A DNA stretch of 32,000 nucleotides from Desulfatiglandales bacterium (GTDB lineage: Bacteria; Desulfobacterota; DSM-4660; Desulfatiglandales; Desulfatiglandaceae): contig OY759599.1 in NCBI GenBank assembly GCA_963662465.1, positions 6,253,292 to 6,285,291 on the forward strand, written 5' to 3'. Position numbers and translations under genes: made by a program. Each line of letters begins with the position of its first letter. Position 1 is the first letter of the stretch. Positions 25,874 through 32,000 of the stretch are shown here, piece after piece. Under the pieces are notes generated by a model. That model worked only from the letters and a program-made list of their open reading frames with translations, was not told where the DNA came from and ran no database searches.

Positions 25874-26106
25874 GACCTAAAGGGAAAAATCCGTATTTTT
25901 AAAAAAGACATGTTCCAGAATTGCATGGTTTTTTTTCGGTCTATTGTTCTGTTTATGGGGAATTTTTTCAGCATTGATGCTTTTGTCAATATGATGGCAT
26001 AATATTTGCTTGTCTATAATGCAAGTTGTGGGGATCATATCTTTCCCAGCGATAATGTCGTACAAGTATCATCTTGTAACAACCGTAAAAAGAAAGGTGT
26101 CTGTTG

Positions 26107-26469
26107 ATGATTAAGCACGTGGAAAGAGGTTTTACCCTTATTGAACTGATGATTGTTATTGCCATTATCGGTATTCTGGCGGCCATCGCCATCCCTCAAT
26201 TTACTGAGTACCTCAAAAGGGGGAGCAATGCTGCGGCCAAAACAGACGTGCGGACTGCGTCCATTGTGGAAGAGTCGTATTTTGTGGATAATCAATCATA
26301 CGCCAACGATGTGAATGCGCTCATCAGTTCAGGGTTCAGGGCGTCGGAGAATGTCACCCTGACGGTGAGCGGCGACAACCAGGGGTATACGCTCACCAGT
26401 TACCATGACAACGGCGATGAGACCTATATCATTACAGGACCCCTGGGGAATTTTACCTTTATCAGATAA
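26107..26469 (+). CDS. Type IV pilin (prepilin-type N-terminal methylation domain)
   Basis: RG|[31 protein letters not shown]. Confidence 0.93.
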   Translation: MIKHVERGFTLIELMIVIAIIGILAAIAIPQFTEYLKRGSNAAAKTDVRTASIVEESYFVDNQSYANDVNALISSGFRASENVTLTVSGDNQGYTLTSYHDNGDETYIITGPLGNFTFIR

Positions 26470-26588
26470 TGCGTCATTTCAATAAATAAAATATCAATTT
26501 AAAGCGAAAAGGAGGTGTTGCTTTTTTAAGGAGAGGGTGTTTTTTTTGAATCGTTTTAGTTAAAGGAAAACCAGAAAGGAGACTCAAA

Positions 26589-26963
26589 ATGTTGAGGAAA
26601 ATTAAGAAAAATAGGAATGAAAAGGGTTTTACCCTTATTGAACTGATGATTGTTATTGCCATCATCGGTATTTTGGCGGCCATCGCCATCCCGCAGTTCA
26701 CTGCGTATCGGGCCAGATCATATGACGCTTCGGCCGCATCGGACCTTAACAATGCTGCAAAGGCGCTGGTGGATTATGTGGGCAAGTATGAAGCGTATCC
26801 GACTAGCATAGATTCTCTTAGCACCAATACCTCTAAAGGTGTGACCCTTACCGGGGCTGTTAATGTTGCGGATTGGGCCATGACGGCTACCCATGCGGAG
26901 GGCAACAGAAATTATTTTCTTAGTAACGCATCCGGCAGATTAACCTACTCAGAAAAAGAATAG
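26589..26963 (+). CDS. Type IV pilin (second, tandem)
   Basis: KG|[46 protein letters not shown]; GGAG upstream. Confidence 0.94.
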   Translation: MLRKIKKNRNEKGFTLIELMIVIAIIGILAAIAIPQFTAYRARSYDASAASDLNNAAKALVDYVGKYEAYPTSIDSLSTNTSKGVTLTGAVNVADWAMTATHAEGNRNYFLSNASGRLTYSEKE

Positions 26964-26982
26964 GTTTTCACCTGCATGACCT

Positions 26983-29142
26983 TTATTCTAAAGGGTGAAC
27001 CGGCATAAAAGGCGGTTCACCTTTTTTTTTGAGGGTGTCAGCCAGATCCCCATATTTTTTTGATCTGCATTGACATTCTGTGGCAAGAAGAGCGAGAAGA
27101 TCTTTCCGGTATGAGAGGCGGAGGTTGTTCAGTGGCGCGATATCTTCCGCCATCCAATCCGTGAATGTTCTAATTCGTGCCGGGTTTCCATCAAAAATAT
27201 TGAAAAAGCGGGTCATAGCTTGATCCTTTTTTTTCGCCATTCCCCTGGAAGCGTAGAGTTCTGCCATATAGAGCAGGGCGAGGGGATTATTCCCATCAAG
27301 GGCCAAAGATTTTTTGAAATGAATCAATGCTTTTCCCCCCTGATTGTTCAATTTATAAGCAAGACCCAAGAATGTCATTGTTTTGGGGTCCAGGGGGTCC
27401 TTTTGGATGGCCTTTTTAAAATTTTGGATTGCCTCATCCGTCCTTCCCCGAGCCATGAGTAGAAAGCCCAGGGCGGCATAACCTGATGCAACCCTTGGGT
27501 TGCCCTTAATGGCTTTTTGAAATTCTGATTCGGCTTCATCATAATGGCCGTTTTTCATCAACCGTATCCCTTTGTTGATGTGGGTTGGCAGGAAAAGGGG
27601 TTGAAATCGCAATGCCTGTTCATAATGAAATGCGGCCATTTTATCATCCCCCAATTTTTCATGGATTGCACCGATATTATGGTGGGTCCAGGCATTGGCT
27701 GCCAGATTGTTTTTATTCTCTTTGGAAAGGGCAATCATGTATTCTTCCAATGCTTTCAGGTGCAGATTCTTCTTTCCGTAAACCGAGCCCAGGTTGTTGT
27801 GGGGCCTGGGGAGGTCCGGGTATTTTTTGACGCAATCCAGGTATAATCTATAATCCGTTTGCCAGACCATGTTTCGCATAAATGTGCTGTGTCCCCAACT
27901 GATGGGAATCAAGACCAGCAATGCCCATAAGACCCCTTTGATGATTCCCTTGTTGGAGAAAAACCGTATTCCTTTCAGGAGCAAAATGATGATGGGCGCA
28001 AAAAAGAGCATGGAAGGAAGATAGTTTCGATGTTCAAAGATGAGTTCCACCGGGAAAATCGATCCCTCTATGAGATGATTGAGGAAAAAAAATATAATGC
28101 AAAAGCCTATGAAAGGTCGTTTTCTGAAGGCGGTCAGGGTGATTCCCAGGAGTACCAGCATTGCAAGAATGGAAATGATGGTTGAGGGGGGGGTGAAAAA
28201 ACCGGTGGAAAGAATTATATCATGCTCGAAGCATAATCGATTGGGCATGGGGTATAAGAGCAGGGAGATATAGAACAGGATCACTCTGGGTTCCGTCAAC
28301 AACCTCTCCCCCAATGTAAACCCCCTGTTCCGGTAGCCGGAAATGAGGTTTTCCGGTTTGAAAATGGATGGTCCGGCCAGAATCCATGCAAGGGCGAGGC
28401 AGATAAGGAGGATAATGCCTAGGAAAAACGCATATCGTATGAGGTTTTTTCGGGTTGCGCCCTGGATGAGAAACAGATCAAAAACCAGGAGGATGACGGG
28501 CAGCATGACGGCATTTTCTTTTGATGCGATGGCCATGAGGCCGCAGGTGAAGCATAAGAGGTAATAGATGAATTTGGATGAATTTCGTTGCGAAATTTTT
28601 CCTTTGAGATAAAAATACATGGACATAATAAAGAACAATGCCGCCATGATGGCCATCCGTTGGACGATGTAGGTGACGGCTTGGGTCTGAATCGGGTTAA
28701 GCGCCCAGAAAACAGTGGAAAAAAGAGCGACGGCATAGGCGTCAGGTCCATATCTTATTTTCAAAATGGGCAAATTCAGGGTTTCAACGATAAAGAGAAA
28801 AAGAAAGAAAGAGGCCAGAAAATGGATGGCTAGGTTGACCATATGGTAGCCGTAAACATCGGTTCCACCGGAATAATAATTGAGTGCAAAGCTCAGGCAT
28901 GCCGCAGGTCTGTATAGTTTTCCCTTTCCGTCCCAAGAGGCGTAAAAGGTTTTCTTGATATTGTCCATGCTCAATTCGGTGAGGTGGAGCGGTTGGTTTT
29001 TGAGAATATTGTTTACATCGTCAAAATGCCATGACGCGTTAAACGTGTTGGAATAGGCGAGTAAAACGAGGACAAACAGGGAGATGAAGGCAAAGAGATT
29101 TTTCCGGCATGGTGAGAGTGATATTTCGGGTTGCAGGTTCAT
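26983..29142 (-). CDS. Multi-TM TPR protein (TMTC/O-mannosyltransferase-like)
   Basis: N-terminal TM half with HFDDVNNI...YRPAACLSFALNY...VYGYHMVNLAIH...QTQAVTYIVQRMAIMAALFF; C-terminal TPRs (NNLGSVYGKK..., HHNIGAIHEKLGDDKMAAFHYEQALR...). Confidence 0.82.
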   Translation of the reverse strand: MNLQPEISLSPCRKNLFAFISLFVLVLLAYSNTFNASWHFDDVNNILKNQPLHLTELSMDNIKKTFYASWDGKGKLYRPAACLSFALNYYSGGTDVYGYHMVNLAIHFLASFFLFLFIVETLNLPILKIRYGPDAYAVALFSTVFWALNPIQTQAVTYIVQRMAIMAALFFIMSMYFYLKGKISQRNSSKFIYYLLCFTCGLMAIASKENAVMLPVILLVFDLFLIQGATRKNLIRYAFFLGIILLICLALAWILAGPSIFKPENLISGYRNRGFTLGERLLTEPRVILFYISLLLYPMPNRLCFEHDIILSTGFFTPPSTIISILAMLVLLGITLTAFRKRPFIGFCIIFFFLNHLIEGSIFPVELIFEHRNYLPSMLFFAPIIILLLKGIRFFSNKGIIKGVLWALLVLIPISWGHSTFMRNMVWQTDYRLYLDCVKKYPDLPRPHNNLGSVYGKKNLHLKALEEYMIALSKENKNNLAANAWTHHNIGAIHEKLGDDKMAAFHYEQALRFQPLFLPTHINKGIRLMKNGHYDEAESEFQKAIKGNPRVASGYAALGFLLMARGRTDEAIQNFKKAIQKDPLDPKTMTFLGLAYKLNNQGGKALIHFKKSLALDGNNPLALLYMAELYASRGMAKKKDQAMTRFFNIFDGNPARIRTFTDWMAEDIAPLNNLRLSYRKDLLALLATECQCRSKKYGDLADTLKKKGEPPFMPVHPLE
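26994..27030 (+). terminator. Rho-independent terminator for the pilin genes
   Basis: GGTGAACCG-N10-CGGTTCACC followed by TTTTTTTTT. Confidence 0.8.
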
Positions 29143-29469
29143 GTGTTTGTCTCCATGTCAAGACTTCAATGGATATTGCCGTAAAAACAATATAGCGCTT
29201 TCAATTTTCATGTAATCCATAAAGGACATGGGGTCAAGGATGATCATTTCACCCTTTGCCGAAATAAATTATTATGAAAATCAATTTTATGCCCTGGTTT
29301 TAAAAAAAACATGAATGCCTTGAGATTCTAAATGTCATGGATCCCGCTCATGGCCAATGTCATCGGGATTGTTTTTTCCGCCGTATTTGTTTATATTATT
29401 AATGATATTTGAACATTCCGGGCGCTAAAAAAAAGCTAAGGGTTCACATAAACCGAAGGGGTCGTAATT

Positions 29470-30395
29470 TTGAAGCTGGATATTGTTATCCCCATCTACA
29501 ACGAAGAGGAAAACCTCCAGGTCCTGCACGACAGGTTGAAGCATGTATGTGACGGGTTGGAGGATGTTTCATGGCGGGTTATATATGTAAATGATGGAAG
29601 TCTCGACCGTTCACTTCATATGATGCTCGCCCAGGGTCGGGGGGATTCAAGGTTTACCACCATTGAACTTTCCCGCAATTTTGCCACCAGGCCGCCATTG
29701 CAGCGGGTCTGGCCTGTGCGGACGGTGATTGTGTGGTGACCATGGATGGCGATCTTCAGGATCCACCTGAAATCATCCCCGAATTGTTGGATTGCCGGCG
29801 GAAAGGGGCCGGCATCGTTAGAGCCCAGCGCCGCAGCCGCAAGGAAACCGGGGTGCGTCGATTGGGGTTCGATATGTTTTACAGGCTTTTTACGTGGATC
29901 AGTGATTTTCCCATTCCCCCCCATACGGGCATTTTCGGGTTACTTGATAGCCGGGCTGTGGATGAATTGAACAAGTTGCCGGAGAAAAACCGCTTTTTTC
30001 CCGGTCTCAGGAGTTGGGTCGGTCTTCGGCAGGAAGTGGTCTATTACGACCGGCAGGATCGGGCCGGCGGAAGCCCGAAGCAGTCCCTAAACAGGTTGAT
30101 CCGTTATGCTCTGGATGCGATATTCAGTTTTTCCTACAAGCCCCTGAGAATTATGACGGGTGTGGGCGCGTGTATCAGCGCTCTTGGTTTTTTCCTGGCC
30201 TGTTTTTTCATTATTAAGCGGCTCCTGGGCATTGAAATTGCTCCTACCGGGTTTACGACGTTAGTGACCGTGGTGCTTTTTCTGGGCGGCATTCAGCTTA
30301 TGGCCATCGGGTTGTTGGGGGAGTACCTGGCTAGAATTTATGATGAAGTAAAGCAGCGGCCCCTCTTTATTATCAAGAACCGTCATGGTGTCTGA
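29470..30395 (+). pseudogene. GT2 family glycosyltransferase (GtrB/DPM1-like) with apparent 1-nt deletion
   Basis: Frame 1: MKLDIVIPIYNEEENLQVLHDRL...ELSRNF; frame 0: [20 protein letters not shown]...plus two TM helices. Restoring one G at ~29683 (aattttG[G]ccaccag) gives a continuous [33 protein letters not shown]. Confidence 0.85.
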
Positions 30396-30398
30396 TCC

Positions 30399-32000
30399 AT
30401 GAAACTTCTCACCGCAAAAACCGTGGCGCCGTATCTTTTGATCATCACGGCATTTGCCGTGTATCTCAGTACGATGGCCCCGACGGTTTATCTGGGTGAC
30501 AGCGGCGAGTTGACCGCCGGGGCCTTTGCCCTCGGTGTTCCCCATGCCAGCGGATATCCTCTTTATTCCCTTCTGGGAAAAATTTTCTGCATGCTTCCCC
30601 TGGGAAATATCGGGTTTCGGATGAATTTGATGTCGGGGGTTTTTTTAACCCTTACAGTCTGGTTGGTTTATGTGATCATCCTGAGGGTTACATCCTCTGC
30701 TTTGCCGGCGGTAACAGCAGCCCTTTATCTTGCGTTTACGCCGCTTTTTTGGTTCCAGTGCGTATCCGCGGAGGTTTATCCCCTGCATGTTTTTTTTGTG
30801 GCATTGATGATAAAATTGCTCTGGGATTGGGATAAAAATGGGGAATTTCGTTTTTTGCTGCTTTTTGTTTTTGTGACCGGACTCAGTTTCGGCAACCACA
30901 TGCAGACCGTGATGTTGGCGCCGGGGGTTTTATTCCTCATTATTTCCAGGGATAAAAAGGTGCTTTTTCGTTTCAGGTATTTCATTGTCATAACCCTGTT
31001 TTTTGTTCTTGCCCTTACCCTCTATCTCTATCTCCCCATCCGTACGGATGCCGGCGCTGCCATTCATTGGGGTGATCCCAATAGCCTTGATCGTTTTTGG
31101 GACCATATAACGGCACGAACGCACAGGGGGAAATACATTTTCAGCAGCGGTCCTACGGAATACCTTTCGAGGACCCTGGCGGCATTGCAGCTCTTCAGCA
31201 AGCAATATGGCATCCTTCTTTTGTTTGCGTTTTGGGGGTGGCTGAAGCGTTTGCCCACGCGGTGGAAAATATCGGTTATCCTGGTGTTCATTTTTGATTT
31301 GCTCTATTCTGTTTTTTTGAATGTGATAGCGTTTAAATTTACGCCGTTTATGCTGCCCTCATTTGTCGTGATTGCCGTACTCATGGGGCTTGGTATTGCT
31401 GATGCGCTCCAAACGATGATGACTTATGATAAAATCAATATAAAACTTAAACGAACTGTTCAATTTGCCTGTTGCCTGCTGCCGGCAATCCCCTTTTTTT
31501 CCGGGTATGGCCTATGCAATCAAAGCTGTAACTACATGGCCTACGAGCATGCCGTAAATATTTTCAGGACCCCCGAATATGCCGGTACTGTTTTCCTGGA
31601 TGGGGACAATAACATCTTTCCAGCGGTTTATGGGCGGTTGGTCGAAGGAATGGGGGATGATATTACCGTATACGATCGGCTCAACCTTATTTTCAGATGG
31701 TCCGTCAATGATGCGTCGTTTAGTGTTAAGGGAAAATGGAACGAAATTAAAACCCTTGTGGAAAAGAAAATCATTGAAGAAAAAGCGGAAAAAGGGGTCT
31801 ATTATGCGGTTTTTGACCCCTTTTCCATTCCATTGCCGAGTGAATTTCGTGCAATCCCCTATGGCGTTTTGTGGAAAGTTATTCTTCGGGGGCCACCGGC
31901 AAAGACGGATGTTTCAATTGGTTTGTGGGATTACTACTATAAAGAAAGCATTCACGACCCCTTCCAGAAGGATTTCATGAATCGAAATATACGTGCGCAT
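30399..32000 (+). CDS. DUF2723-like multi-TM membrane protein, 3' end beyond window
   Basis: MKLLTAKTVAPYLLIITAFAVYLSTMAPTVYLGDSGELTAGAFALGVPHASGYPLYSLLGK...; no stop noticed to the window end; absent from the ORF track because it is open-ended. Confidence 0.85.
   Translation, partial: MKLLTAKTVAPYLLIITAFAVYLSTMAPTVYLGDSGELTAGAFALGVPHASGYPLYSLLGKIFCMLPLGNIGFRMNLMSGVFLTLTVWLVYVIILRVTSSALPAVTAALYLAFTPLFWFQCVSAEVYPLHVFFVALMIKLLWDWDKNGEFRFLLLFVFVTGLSFGNHMQTVMLAPGVLFLIISRDKKVLFRFRYFIVITLFFVLALTLYLYLPIRTDAGAAIHWGDPNSLDRFWDHITARTHRGKYIFSSGPTEYLSRTLAALQLFSKQYGILLLFAFWGWLKRLPTRWKISVILVFIFDLLYSVFLNVIAFKFTPFMLPSFVVIAVLMGLGIADALQTMMTYDKINIKLKRTVQFACCLLPAIPFFSGYGLCNQSCNYMAYEHAVNIFRTPEYAGTVFLDGDNNIFPAVYGRLVEGMGDDITVYDRLNLIFRWSVNDASFSVKGKWNEIKTLVEKKIIEEKAEKGVYYAVFDPFSIPLPSEFRAIPYGVLWKVILRGPPAKTDVSIGLWDYYYKESIHDPFQKDFMNRNIRAH

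Noticed and set aside
27220-28833. Plus-strand ORFs opposite the TPR membrane gene (27220, 27544, 27585, 28079, 28343, 28588)
   Set aside because: Antisense shadows of a continuous 719-aa gene with clear TM/TPR structure.
30014-30217. ORFs overlapping the GT2 gene (29746..29970 -, 30014..30217 +)
   Set aside because: Out-of-frame shadows; the GT2 frame encodes the expected C-terminal TM helices.
31579-31980. 133-aa ORF near the right edge
   Set aside because: Out-of-frame overlap with the long DUF2723-like CDS that starts at 30399 and stays open to the window end.

Overview
Gram-negative (Deltaproteobacteria-like) genomic window in three parts. (1) Left edge, about 1-3300: a RiPP locus on the minus strand, with a radical SAM/SPASM maturase followed by an NHLP-type (nitrile-hydratase-like leader) precursor. 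The ORF track misses the precursor because it runs off position 1. A cyclic-nucleotide-binding-domain gene is divergent to them. (2) About 3.3-25.7 kb: a mosaic of duplicated, truncated and chimeric accessory genes with no DDE transposase seen. It holds nine loci from three families of Rpn/PD-(D/E)XK proteins, two HigBA-like toxin-antitoxin (TA) copies, a BrnT/CopG-like TA pair, HicAB and AAA/DUF4143 remnants, two essentially identical 1903-bp group II introns, a 172-bp MITE with a paralogous empty site, and about 430-bp TIR elements. (3) About 26-32 kb: two type IV pilins, a TPR membrane (TMTC/O-mannosyltransferase-like) protein, a GT2 glycosyltransferase split by an apparent 1-nt deletion, and a DUF2723-like membrane protein running off the right edge. 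The most interesting signal is that all three Rpn families carry an embedded Shine-Dalgarno plus in-frame ATG just before a 12-nt/4-residue repeat tract whose length differs between paralogs (1, 2, 3, 4 and 5 MEKG units in family 1). Most degraded copies keep exactly this C-terminal module. This matches a gene-within-gene toxin (RpnL) / antitoxin (RpnS) architecture and suggests retention of solo antitoxin-like modules. All calls come from reading the sequence; no database searches were run.
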